Counted from the stretch's first letter, positions 9,849-19,327 are shown. The stretch: DNA of 64,000 bases from an uncultured Gemmatimonadaceae bacterium (GCA_964492085.1 CAZBHZ010000001.1:131678-195677); one strand, 5' to 3'. Notes: a model not told the origin generated them from the letters alone. Made by a program: numbers and translations.

Positions 9849-10019
9849 GCACAGGGACAATCAGGACGATCGGTCGATGACCCGTACGCCCTGGCGGCGC
9901 GCCGGGTTTCGGGGGGGGCGGAATTCATCGCGTTCGCATCGACGGGTACGATTCGGAGCGCTCTCTTCTTTACCGCCCCTGCGGTCCCCGCGACCCACGA
10001 ATGTAACGAAGTTGGGGGC

Positions 10020-10715
10020 TCAGCCTACCAGGTCCGTTCGCTCGGCCAGATACTCCAGGGAAGCGATGTGGACCCTGAGTACACGGCCCTGACGGTCGTA
10101 CCAGATGGTCCGGATCTCGCCGGTGTCCGTCGTGAAATCGATCCGCCTCGCCTGAATCTCGTTCGGTCCCAGCCGAATCATCTCCTGTACCGGTTCCCTC
10201 GCCGTGATCAGACCTTGGAGGCGCGTCCGCGGCTCGAGCGTGTGCACCGCTCGTTCGGGTCGGAGATCGCGCAGGAAGTAGTAGTGGTGAGCGACGTGTC
10301 GCTCCAGGACCCGCGTATCGATGTGCGCCTGAAATTCGCGGTCTTCGGCACCCTCGTCGGACCGGATTGTTGCCAGATATCGACGACCCGAGCGGGCGAC
10401 CTGAACCTGGATCGGGTCGGGGCCGGTAGCGGAAACCTGATAGCGAACCGCAACGCCGTCTGGCGGTGCCGCGTGCAGCAGGGGATTCATGTCGAGGCGG
10501 CCTTCGGGAAGCGTCAGGGCAATTGCCCCGTTGGCGAAGAGCGCATCCTCGCGTCCCACCCCGGGGCGGCGGATGACGAAGTCCTCCGTTCCCACGGGTA
10601 CGCCCCCTATGCTGACGGCGAAGGAGCCTTCGTCGACGATGACCCCCTGGGCTCCTAACCCGGGCGTAGCGAGGGCCAGAAGAACCGAGGTCGCGAGGAG
10701 GAGTCGAAGGTTCAT
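10020..10715 (-). CDS. Secreted hypothetical protein
   Basis: The internal ATG at 10715 gives a clear signal peptide, MNLRLLLATSVLLALATPGLGAQG. I recognise no family. It lies 19 nt downstream of the creatininase-family gene. Confidence 0.6.
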   Translation of the reverse strand: MNLRLLLATSVLLALATPGLGAQGVIVDEGSFAVSIGGVPVGTEDFVIRRPGVGREDALFANGAIALTLPEGRLDMNPLLHAAPPDGVAVRYQVSATGPDPIQVQVARSGRRYLATIRSDEGAEDREFQAHIDTRVLERHVAHHYYFLRDLRPERAVHTLEPRTRLQGLITAREPVQEMIRLGPNEIQARRIDFTTDTGEIRTIWYDRQGRVLRVHIASLEYLAERTDLVG

Positions 10716-10734
10716 GGACGTGTGTACACGGACG

Positions 10735-11454
10735 TCACCCTGCGAGTTCGTCCGGCATTCCCGCATCGACCGCGGTGCACAGCACGGCCACGTAGCGATC
10801 GAAGACGGCGGCACCCTTCTCACGTGTAGCCAGGCGCGGAGAACCGAGGACCCCCCGCGACTCCACCGGGGGTTTCGGCACCCTTCGACGGGTATACTTT
10901 CGGAGTGCGAAGCCCTGGGGGCGGAAGTCGGCGGCCCGGTCCATCTTCACCCGATCCGGTGCGAGGTAGAGCATCAACGAGGTCTCGAGCTCTCCAGCAT
11001 GCTCGAACTCCGGATCGGTCTCGATCACGTCGGAGACATCGATCTGATAGAGATCGTACACGGATTTGTGCGCCGGCCCGGAGGCCGTCATGAGCAGCGC
11101 TTCGAGATGAGGCTCGTACCGGTGAGCTGTGATCAGATGGAAGTGCTGGACGTACAGGTCTTCCCACCCTCCGATCAGTTCGTTCACCGCCCGATGCAGC
11201 GTCTTGCGCCGCAGCCCGGGGGCGCGAAAGGGACCTCCGCTGACCGTGACTCCGTACGAAAAGGGGGGGGCACGCAGAATGCCGCAGCGTTCGGACACCG
11301 TGCGGGCGACCTGCTCAGCGATGAAGATGTTGGTTCCGATAGGGAGGTGAGGGCCGTGCTGTTCGAGGGCGCCGATCGTCATGATGAGCCGTGGGTCTTC
11401 GGCGAGAATCCGACCGACCTTTGGCCACGTCAGCTCGTCGACCGCGTATGACAT
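10735..11454 (-). CDS. Creatininase-family amidohydrolase
   Basis: Motifs GALEQHGPHLPIGTN and HAGELETSLMLYLAPD are typical of the creatininase / MftE / ArfB family. Start is ATG 11454 or GTG 11460. Confidence 0.8.
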   Translation of the reverse strand: MSYAVDELTWPKVGRILAEDPRLIMTIGALEQHGPHLPIGTNIFIAEQVARTVSERCGILRAPPFSYGVTVSGGPFRAPGLRRKTLHRAVNELIGGWEDLYVQHFHLITAHRYEPHLEALLMTASGPAHKSVYDLYQIDVSDVIETDPEFEHAGELETSLMLYLAPDRVKMDRAADFRPQGFALRKYTRRRVPKPPVESRGVLGSPRLATREKGAAVFDRYVAVLCTAVDAGMPDELAG

Positions 11455-14400
11455 CGGCACCTCCCTGGAACGACCCCACGGCGAAGCCGTCTGTCGTCGT
11501 ATCGAACCTCAGTCCGTGGTGTGCGACGGCGGCCCTGTGGATCTGGGCCGGTACGTCGTGGGTCTGGCTGCTCCCGCTCGCTTCGGCGCTCGTGCTCCTG
11601 TCGTTCTGGAACGGTGTCGGAGCTGAGAGCCGCTGGCGGGCGGCTGGTCTCTCCGCACTGATCCTTGGCATCCTCGTCGGATTCGCCGCCGAACGCCAGA
11701 TCGCAGAGGTCTCGAGCGACTGGGATCGCTATTGGAACCGGCGCGTGGACGAGGTCGGCGTCCTGCTCCGAGGCGAACTGGCGGAGCGTCGACACAGCGT
11801 TGGAACCGAGGTCGTCGAGGAGCTCGTCCGCCTGTGGGACTCCGATGCTGTCGACGTGGATGGCGAGGGGATCGCCCAGCTGCGGGCTCGATCCCGGAGT
11901 TCCGCCCTGGCGCTCTACGATCGAAACGGAGAGCTGATCGCCTGGGACGGAATCCATCGAGGTCGGGTACCGGATGCCGCGAAGCGTGGTCAGCGACTCG
12001 ACCTGTACCGGGACCTGCCGCTCTTCGGCTACCTCTATGTGACGGCCTCGGCGCCGGACGGCAGCGTGGCGATGGCGGCGTATCTACTCCGGGCGTCCCT
12101 TCCCGAGGGGCTCGGGGCGGACATGGGGGACCTCGCGAGTCGCTTCTACGACGAGACGGGCGAGCGTATCCGCATCACCGAGGACGATCCGGGCGTCGCC
12201 GAGGCGGTGTGGGATCTCGCGCTGGACGAGGATCGGCTGCTCTCCGTGGTTCTCGCGGAACCCGACCCGGTCGAGCGCGTCGCAGTGCTGGAGGCACGCT
12301 GGGCTCTTCGCGTCGCCCTCCTCGGTGCGCTGGCGTGGCTCCTCCTGGCCGTCGGCGGTCCGCTCGCGGTCGGTGAAGCCGTCGCCGCGGCGTCCGCGAT
12401 CATGGTGGCCGCCGCCGCGCTGCCGGTGGGTCCCGGATTGTCTCTGGGCGCAGGCCTCTTCGACGGGGCGTATCGGTTGCCGGGTCCGATCGCACTGAGT
12501 GCGGGCCGACTCGCTCTCCTGGTCGCAGCTTCGTTTCTCCTGGTGCCTGTGCTTCCCCGTCCGCGCACCCGAGCACCGTTCTGGGTCGCCGGGGCGACCG
12601 TCTTCGCCCTCTTTCCACCCTTGCTGCTCTGGCTCGGGCGCGGGGTCGTGCCAGCGGTGCTCGCGGGTGGCCGACCGGAATGGGTCGCCTACCAGGTGGC
12701 GGCTGCCGGCCTCCTCACGCTCGCGGCAGGATTCGGCTTCGCCCACGCCCGGGACGGTGGAGGTGGACGCGGATGGGTTTTCGGGGGTCTGGGCGTCGCG
12801 ATCCTGATGGCGGGGGGCGCGGGTGCGTGGGCCGTCTATCGGGTCGGACTCCCTGTGGCGTTCCCTGTCATCTGGGCGCTTCCGACCCTCATGATCGCCC
12901 GAGGGCTCTACGCATGGCCGGGATGGCAGCGGGCCGTGGTCGGATGGGCCAGCGCTGCAGTGCTCGGCTCATGCGCGGCGATCCCTACCGTGTGGGGGCA
13001 GGGTATCGAAGCTCGCCTTCAGCTGGGGGAAGGCCGCCTGGCTCGTCTCGCCGCGGTCGAGGACACGGAAGTCGAGGATCGTCTCATCGACTTCGCGCGC
13101 GTTGCCGACTCCCTTGATCTCGCGGGCGCCGAGGACGTCACGATCCTCTACGAAGGCTGGCGGTTGAGCGGACTCGCGGAGCTCGGGGATCCGGTTCGAC
13201 TTCAGATCGAGGAGCGGGACGGATCACCCGGCGAGGGCCTTCGGGTCGGGGCCGGAGACACCGAGCCCCAGCCGTATCAGGAAGTCCTTGCGGAGGGACG
13301 TCGATCCGGTGGCGTCCGTCTGGTGCAACTGAACCAGGACGATGCGCGGTATATCCTCACGGTCGCCCTCACCGAGGGCCGGATGCTCGTCGCCGTGGCG
13401 CCTCCGTTCCCGGCCGTTTCCGGACGATCGGTGCTCGGTCCGCTTCTGCGCGGTGCCGGTGACACCGAGCTGGAGCCCCTGTCCGTGATGGCGTTGGCCG
13501 AAGGGCAGGAGGTGGACCCTTCGATCCGACGTGCCCGGACGGCCGAGGGCTGGCGCGTGGAGACCGGCCTCCAGTTCAGCACCGGACCGGCCTATCGAGC
13601 TCGCTATGCCGTCGATCTGCCACAGGTCCCGCTCGCCGTCGCCCGAGCTTCTCTGCTTACCGTACTGAACCTTGTGCTTTTTCTGCTTCTCTGGTTCGGC
13701 GGTCGAGGTCTGCTCGGTGAGACCGCGCGCGAGCGGATTCAGCTTTCGAGCCTCGTCATATCGTTCCGCGCCCGCGTGACCCTCGCTCTGTTCGGGTTCT
13801 TCGCGCTCGCCAACGCACTCTTCGGGACTGTCGCCTTCCGCACACTCGATGAGGCCTCGCGCCGCTCGGCCCAGGTCATCGCCGAGCGGGTGGTCGACGA
13901 TGCCGCTGGATGGTACCAGGCCCTCGGCGGTCAGGTGGAGCGGCTGGCCAGCCAGGTCGGAGCGGACTTGCTGGAGTACCGCGGCGGACAGCTTCGCGAG
14001 GGCTCGCTGGAAGAGCTCGTGGAGCTCGGACTCTACGAGGGCTGGACGCCCTACGACGTCCTGCAGACCCTCGATTCGTACGAGGCGACACGGGTATTCC
14101 GCGAGTCGACCGTGGGTCGCTGGGAATACGTGACGGCGTACAGGCGCCTTCCGGATGATGACCTGCTTGCCGTGCAGATTCCGCTTCAGGCCGGGACCAG
14201 CGCCCTTCGCACCACGGACCTGGTCGAGCTGCTCGCGTTCGTCGTCCTGCTCGGTGCGGTCCTGTCTCTGGTCCTCGCCATGGCGGCGGGCCGGGCGCTG
14301 ACCCGGCCGATTCTTGCGCTTCAGATCGCCTCGGAAAGCGTTGGGTCGGGTGACCTCGGACTCCGCCTCCCGGCGCACCGGAACGACGAGTTCGGGGCGG

Positions 14401-15506
14401 TCTTCCGCGCCTTCAACCGGATGGTCGGCCGAGTGCGCCGTGCTCGTCGTCAGCTCGTCCGCACGTCGCGTCGGACCCAGCTGATCATGGACGAGGCGGC
14501 GGTCGGCATGGTGGCCCTCGATCCGGCCGGGAGGGTGACGCTCGTTAATCCGCGCGCCGAGGAACTGTTGGGCGTGGAGGTGTTCGTCGGGAGAGCCCTG
14601 CCCGGAGAGGGCGCGCTCGGAGAGGCGTTCGCCGTCTGGCTCGATGATTACCTCCAGGGCAGCGCCGACGAAGCCAGCTCCGACTTTCAGGTGTCGGAGC
14701 GCCGTGTTCGCGTGCGCGCCCGCCGCCTGGGCAGCTTCGGTTCCCGCCGTGGAGTTGTCATCGCGCTCGACGACGTGACCGACGAGTTGCGTGCCGAGCG
14801 GGTGCTCGCGTGGGGCGAGATGGCTAGGCAGGTGGCACACGAGGTGAAGAATCCGCTCACACCGATCAAGCTGAGCATTCAGCATGTTCGACGAGCCTGG
14901 GACGATGACCGTCCTGACTTCGAAGAGATTCTCATCCGGAATGCCGACGCCATGCTCGGCGAGATCGATCGACTGGCCGAGATCGCACAGTCCTTCTCAC
15001 GGTTCGGGGCGCCGGGTGCTCAGGACGTACCGCTCGCGTCGGTCGTGCTTGGCGACGTCATCGAAGAGGTGATGGTGCTGTACGGGGGGGCGACGTCGCG
15101 GGTGCGTTTTTCCCAGGAGCTCGACGCGGAACTCCCGCCGGTGGTGGCCAGAACGGCCGAGCTCAAGGAAGTCCTTGTGAACCTTCTGGAGAACGCGCGT
15201 CTGGCGGGGGAGGAGGGGACATCCGTCGTGATCTCCGGCCGGCGGGGTATTCTGCCCGATACGGTGATGCTTCAGGTCACCGACGATGGTGCCGGCATCC
15301 CCGAAGACGTCCTCCCTCGCATCTTCGAGCCCCAGTTCAGCACGCGTTCCAAGGGATCCGGGCTCGGCCTCGCCATCGTTCAGCGGGTGGTTCGCGCGTG
15401 GGGGGGCAGTGTGGAGGTCGAAAGCGAGGTCGACGTGGGGACGACCGTGACGGTCACCTTGCGCGTCTGGGAGGAACCGGACGAAGCCGGCGTGGCACAC
15501 GAATAG
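11448..15506 (+). CDS. Very large multi-pass membrane sensor histidine kinase, NtrY-like C-terminus
   Basis: C-terminal HAMP (RPILALQIASESVGSGDLGL..NDEFGAVFRAFNRM), a PAS-like segment, the H-box MARQVAHEVKNPLTPIKLSIQHV, and an HATPase_c N/G-box region (NLLENA.., DDGAGIP.., GSGLGLAIV). It is preceded by about 900 aa with many hydrophobic helices. The start is uncertain (ATG 11448 overlaps the divergent gene start). Confidence 0.85.
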   Translation: MTSAPPWNDPTAKPSVVVSNLSPWCATAALWIWAGTSWVWLLPLASALVLLSFWNGVGAESRWRAAGLSALILGILVGFAAERQIAEVSSDWDRYWNRRVDEVGVLLRGELAERRHSVGTEVVEELVRLWDSDAVDVDGEGIAQLRARSRSSALALYDRNGELIAWDGIHRGRVPDAAKRGQRLDLYRDLPLFGYLYVTASAPDGSVAMAAYLLRASLPEGLGADMGDLASRFYDETGERIRITEDDPGVAEAVWDLALDEDRLLSVVLAEPDPVERVAVLEARWALRVALLGALAWLLLAVGGPLAVGEAVAAASAIMVAAAALPVGPGLSLGAGLFDGAYRLPGPIALSAGRLALLVAASFLLVPVLPRPRTRAPFWVAGATVFALFPPLLLWLGRGVVPAVLAGGRPEWVAYQVAAAGLLTLAAGFGFAHARDGGGGRGWVFGGLGVAILMAGGAGAWAVYRVGLPVAFPVIWALPTLMIARGLYAWPGWQRAVVGWASAAVLGSCAAIPTVWGQGIEARLQLGEGRLARLAAVEDTEVEDRLIDFARVADSLDLAGAEDVTILYEGWRLSGLAELGDPVRLQIEERDGSPGEGLRVGAGDTEPQPYQEVLAEGRRSGGVRLVQLNQDDARYILTVALTEGRMLVAVAPPFPAVSGRSVLGPLLRGAGDTELEPLSVMALAEGQEVDPSIRRARTAEGWRVETGLQFSTGPAYRARYAVDLPQVPLAVARASLLTVLNLVLFLLLWFGGRGLLGETARERIQLSSLVISFRARVTLALFGFFALANALFGTVAFRTLDEASRRSAQVIAERVVDDAAGWYQALGGQVERLASQVGADLLEYRGGQLREGSLEELVELGLYEGWTPYDVLQTLDSYEATRVFRESTVGRWEYVTAYRRLPDDDLLAVQIPLQAGTSALRTTDLVELLAFVVLLGAVLSLVLAMAAGRALTRPILALQIASESVGSGDLGLRLPAHRNDEFGAVFRAFNRMVGRVRRARRQLVRTSRRTQLIMDEAAVGMVALDPAGRVTLVNPRAEELLGVEVFVGRALPGEGALGEAFAVWLDDYLQGSADEASSDFQVSERRVRVRARRLGSFGSRRGVVIALDDVTDELRAERVLAWGEMARQVAHEVKNPLTPIKLSIQHVRRAWDDDRPDFEEILIRNADAMLGEIDRLAEIAQSFSRFGAPGAQDVPLASVVLGDVIEEVMVLYGGATSRVRFSQELDAELPPVVARTAELKEVLVNLLENARLAGEEGTSVVISGRRGILPDTVMLQVTDDGAGIPEDVLPRIFEPQFSTRSKGSGLGLAIVQRVVRAWGGSVEVESEVDVGTTVTVTLRVWEEPDEAGVAHE

Positions 15507-15507
15507 C
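15493..15507 (+). promoter_or_regulatory. Candidate sigma-54 (-24/-12) promoter TGGCAC-N5-TAGC
   Basis: The sequence TGGCACacgaaTAGC has correct GG-to-GC spacing (12 nt). It matches 6/6 in the -24 box and 3/4 against the TTGC -12 box. It lies about 50 nt upstream of the 15558 ORF, overlapping the kinase stop codon. Confidence 0.3.
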
Positions 15508-15557
15508 CCCACCCCAAGGGGCCGAGCGTTCCGCGTCGCGTCGACGCTCGATACTAT

Positions 15558-16187
15558 GTGTCCATGCAAACGGATTCCGGCGACCCCACGACGATCGCCG
15601 TGGCGGCTCGCGCCGCTACGACCCGCGTCGGCATGGCGGAGTTCACGGCATGGCTCGAAGAGCGTGTTGCGAGCCTTCGGATGCTCTGGGTTCAGGAGAT
15701 CGCTGCCCGGGGCCTCGGTCAGGGGCGGATCGACGACGCAGTCTTGCACCGCTTCGCGCGACAGCTGGTCGAGATGCTGCCCATGATGCTCGGGCCACAC
15801 CGTGATCAGATTCTCCCGCTGTGGATCCGAGGCTTCGAACTCTTCGGGGCCGTCGCAGCCAAGCGGGGTCTTGCTGCAGGAGAGGCGATCGAAGAGGTCC
15901 ACCTCCTGCGGGAACTGGTCATTCGGGACCTGTACCGGGATCCCCCGATGGGTGGGACCGTGCCGCTGTCCCTGCGCGAGGTACTCCGCCTGAACCGGGC
16001 GCTCGATCGCGCAGTCACGCACGCGAGTGTTGGCCACACCGATGCACTCTTCTTCGAATTCTTCGAGGCCGAGGGGGCTGCGCTTCTCCGGGGAGAAGAC
16101 ATCGCCGCGGAGGTCGCGGAGCAGTTGGACGGGATCGGGACCGACGTAGGACTGATCGCCCGCGCGTCGAACGGAAACTCCGGATGA
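15558..16187 (+). CDS. Hypothetical all-helical protein, possibly RsbRD_N-like sensor domain
   Basis: A 209-aa ORF with amphipathic helical composition (FTAWLEERVASLRMLWVQEI.., EEVHLLRELVIRDLY), reminiscent of the RsbR-type N-terminal non-haem globin-like domain. Its stop overlaps the decarboxylase ATG (ATGA at 16184-16187). Start is GTG 15558 or ATG 15564. Confidence 0.4.
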   Translation: MSMQTDSGDPTTIAVAARAATTRVGMAEFTAWLEERVASLRMLWVQEIAARGLGQGRIDDAVLHRFARQLVEMLPMMLGPHRDQILPLWIRGFELFGAVAAKRGLAAGEAIEEVHLLRELVIRDLYRDPPMGGTVPLSLREVLRLNRALDRAVTHASVGHTDALFFEFFEAEGAALLRGEDIAAEVAEQLDGIGTDVGLIARASNGNSG

Positions 16188-17632
16188 GTCAGGAGGCCGA
16201 CGCCTCGCCGCAGTTGGGGGATATGCCACCCGAGGAGTTTCGGCACCATGCCCGGGAGGCGGTGGACTGGGTGGCCGACTTCCTGAAGCAGGTGGACGAG
16301 GTGCCGGTCTTTCCAGCAATGCGGCCCGGTGACATCACGGCGGCGCTCCCGGATGCGCCGCCGGAGCAGCCCGAATCGATGGACGCGCTTCTGAGTGATT
16401 TCCGTTCGATCATCGTGCCGGGGATCAACCACTGGAATCACCCGTCGTTCTTCGGCTACTTCTCGGTTTCGGCCTCCGGGCCCGGCATCATCGGCGAACT
16501 GCTCGCCTCCGCTCTGAACGTCAACGCGATGGTGTGGCGGAGCGCTCCAGCCGCCTCCGAGCTCGAGGATGTTGCGACCGACTGGCTGCGACAGCTGCTG
16601 CGGCTGCCGCGCGACTTCGAAGGCGTGATCAACGATACGGCCTCGTCCTCCACGATGTACGCGCTCGCGGCGGCGCGGGAGGTGACGTGGCCCGAGGCGC
16701 ATGCGGAGGGGATGTTCGGCCTCCCGCGGGGACGCGTATACGCCTCGGAACATGCGCATTCCTCTGTCGAGAAGGGGGTCCTGACGCTGGGGCTCGGTCA
16801 GGAGGGCTACTGCACGATCCCGTCGGACGCGGGCTTCTCCATGGACCCGGTCGAATTGGACGCAGCGATCCGCTCCGACCGCGATGCCGGTCTTCGCCCG
16901 TGCGCAATCGTCGCCACGCTCGGAACCACCTCGACGGCATCGATGGACCCGATCGGACCGATCGCTGAGATCGCCGCGCAGCACGGGGTCTGGCTTCACA
17001 TCGACGCCGCGTACGGGGGCCCGGTCGCAATGCTGCCTGAGGCCGAGCCGTGGTTTGAGGGCTGGGAGCGCGCGGATTCGATCGTCGTCAATCCCCACAA
17101 GTGGCTGTTCACCCCGATCGACTGTTCTGTCCTCTACTGCCGACGGCCCGAGGTGCTCAGGCAGGCCTTTTCGCTCGTGCCCGAATATCTCAGGTCGTCC
17201 GAGCAGGCGGAGTCCCGCAGTCTGATGGACTACGGGGTGTCGCTGGGGCGTCGCTTTCGCGCGCTCAAACTCTGGTTCGTCATCCGCTACTTCGGCCGGC
17301 AGGGGCTGATCGACCGGATCCGAGAACATCTTCGGATCGCGTCCGTGCTGTCGGACATGATCGAGGCGACCGATGGGTGGGAGGTCGTGGCGCCCGTCGA
17401 CATGGGACTGGTGACCTTTCGACGGACGACAGGTACGTCCGGGGAAGATCAGGACCGCCTGAATCACGCGATCCTGGATGCCGTGAATGCCAGTGGCCGG
17501 GCCTTCATGACGCACACGGTGCTCGAGGGGCGTGTCGTGCTTCGACTCGCGATTGGCAACATCAAGACCACGGAGCAGCACGTGATGCGAACGTGGTCGC
17601 TGCTACAGGTGGTCGCGAACGAGATTCACTGA
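16184..17632 (+). CDS. Pyridoxal-dependent aromatic-L-amino-acid decarboxylase (group II)
   Basis: Family N-terminus MPPEEFRHHAREAVDWVADFL, HWNHPSFFGYF, and PLP-lysine motif SIVVNPHKWLFTPIDCS. The listed ORF (15821) has an Arg/Gly-rich false extension, so I use the ATG at 16184. Confidence 0.88.
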   Translation: MSQEADASPQLGDMPPEEFRHHAREAVDWVADFLKQVDEVPVFPAMRPGDITAALPDAPPEQPESMDALLSDFRSIIVPGINHWNHPSFFGYFSVSASGPGIIGELLASALNVNAMVWRSAPAASELEDVATDWLRQLLRLPRDFEGVINDTASSSTMYALAAAREVTWPEAHAEGMFGLPRGRVYASEHAHSSVEKGVLTLGLGQEGYCTIPSDAGFSMDPVELDAAIRSDRDAGLRPCAIVATLGTTSTASMDPIGPIAEIAAQHGVWLHIDAAYGGPVAMLPEAEPWFEGWERADSIVVNPHKWLFTPIDCSVLYCRRPEVLRQAFSLVPEYLRSSEQAESRSLMDYGVSLGRRFRALKLWFVIRYFGRQGLIDRIREHLRIASVLSDMIEATDGWEVVAPVDMGLVTFRRTTGTSGEDQDRLNHAILDAVNASGRAFMTHTVLEGRVVLRLAIGNIKTTEQHVMRTWSLLQVVANEIH

Positions 17633-17710
17633 TCTGCGGGTATCGCTGGCGTCTTTGAGCGAACCGCTTATGCTTGCAGGCTTCCTCGCCCTCGTATTTC
17701 AGCTTTCGGT

Positions 17711-19327
17711 ATGGCAATGCGCATAGGAATCCCCAAGGAAGTCGTGCCCGGAGAGCGTCGTGTCGCGGCGACGCCCGACACCGTGAAGAAGCTCCTCAAG
17801 ATGGGCTTCGAGGTCTGTGTCGAGGCCGGTGCCGGGTCGCTCGCCAACTACCCCGATGGGAGTTTCGAGGCTGCCGGCGCGTCGATCGCGCCGGACGCGG
17901 ACACCGTGTGGAGCTCGTCGGATCTGATCTGCAAGATCAACCCGCCGCAGGAACGCGCGGATGGGACGCATGAAGCGGATTCGCTGCGGGATGGCAGCAC
18001 GCTCATCTCTCTGATCTTCCCCGGGCAGAATTCCGAGTTGGTCGAACGACTGCAGCAGGGCTCCCGCACCGCCATTGCGCTCGACCAGATCCCTCGGATC
18101 ACTCGGGCGCAGAAGATGGACGTGCTCAGCTCCATGGCGAACATCGCGGGCTACCGGGCGGTGCTCGAGGCGGCGCACCTCTACGGGGGGTTCTTCGGCG
18201 GGCAGATCACGGCGGCCGGGAAGACCCGGCCGGCACAGGTCCTGGTGATCGGTGCGGGTGTGGCGGGACTCGCCGCGATCGGCACGGCCCGGGGACTGGG
18301 GGCGGAGGTCCGGGCGTTCGACGTACGTCCGGCGACGAAGGAGCAGGTCGAGAGCATGGGGGCGCGGTTCCTCATGCTCGACGTCGAGATGGATGATTCC
18401 GGCGAGTCCAGTGGGGGCTATGCCAACATCATGAGCGACGAATTCCTCCAGGCCGAGCTGGCGTGTTTTGCCGAGCAGGCGAGGGAGGTCGACATCATCA
18501 TCACGACGGCACTGATCCCCGGGCGACCGGCTCCGGAACTCATTCTGCATGAGATGGTCGAGAGCATGAAGCCGGGCTCGGTGATCGTGGATCTCGCCGC
18601 GGAGCAGGGTGGAAACTGCACCGCGACCGTGCCGGGTGAGGTCGTGATGAGCAGCGGTGTCCATATCGTCGGCTACACGGACCTGACGAGTCGACTGCCC
18701 ACACACGCCAGTCAGTTCTTCGGCACGAACGTCGTGAACCTCCTGTCGGACATGGGTGGAGCCGAGGACTACAAGGTGGACTTCGAGGATGAGGTCCTTC
18801 GGAAGTCGACCATCGTCCGAGAGGGCGAAGTCACCTGGCCGCCACCTCCGGACCCGGAGGTGCCCGCTACGGAGCCGACCAAGTCCGTCATCAAGGCTGC
18901 CGAGACGCCCGCGCCCCGAAAGAGCAGTGGGCACGGACACGGTGCGGCCTCGGAGCCGATGGCCGTCGGTCCACGCAACGCGATCGCCCTGACTCTGGCG
19001 ATCGTGCTCGCGCTCATCGGCTTCACTGCCGAGAGCGCGCCCGTCCCGCACTTCGTTCAGCAGGTGACGGTGTTCTTCCTCGCCTGCTTCATCGGGTGGC
19101 AGGTCGTCTGGAGCGTGACTCCGGCACTGCACACGCCTCTGATGAGCGTGACGAACGCGATCAGTGGAATCATCGTCGTCGGTGGCCTGCTCGGCGTCGC
19201 GGGACCCGAGCTGAACACGGCCGCGGTGCTGGGGGCCGTTGCGATCCTCGTGGCGAGTATCAACATCGCCGGTGGCTTCCTCGTCACGCAGCGCATGCTC
19301 CAGATGTTCCGGAAGGAGGGGAACTAG
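17711..19327 (+). CDS. pntA: NAD(P) transhydrogenase subunit alpha (full-length, with membrane domain)
   Basis: N-terminus [20 protein letters not shown], Rossmann motif [22 protein letters not shown], and a C-terminal 4-helix membrane part. Confidence 0.93.
   Translation: MAMRIGIPKEVVPGERRVAATPDTVKKLLKMGFEVCVEAGAGSLANYPDGSFEAAGASIAPDADTVWSSSDLICKINPPQERADGTHEADSLRDGSTLISLIFPGQNSELVERLQQGSRTAIALDQIPRITRAQKMDVLSSMANIAGYRAVLEAAHLYGGFFGGQITAAGKTRPAQVLVIGAGVAGLAAIGTARGLGAEVRAFDVRPATKEQVESMGARFLMLDVEMDDSGESSGGYANIMSDEFLQAELACFAEQAREVDIIITTALIPGRPAPELILHEMVESMKPGSVIVDLAAEQGGNCTATVPGEVVMSSGVHIVGYTDLTSRLPTHASQFFGTNVVNLLSDMGGAEDYKVDFEDEVLRKSTIVREGEVTWPPPPDPEVPATEPTKSVIKAAETPAPRKSSGHGHGAASEPMAVGPRNAIALTLAIVLALIGFTAESAPVPHFVQQVTVFFLACFIGWQVVWSVTPALHTPLMSVTNAISGIIVVGGLLGVAGPELNTAAVLGAVAILVASINIAGGFLVTQRMLQMFRKEGN

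Noticed and set aside
9911-9918. G8 homopolymer in the region upstream of the TolC-like gene, considered as a phase-variation tract.
   Set aside because: G7-G8 runs also occur inside ordinary coding regions of this window (for example 11263-11270, and near 15085, 15403 and 22213). The tract is therefore not exceptional for this composition, and there is no supporting evidence for slippage.
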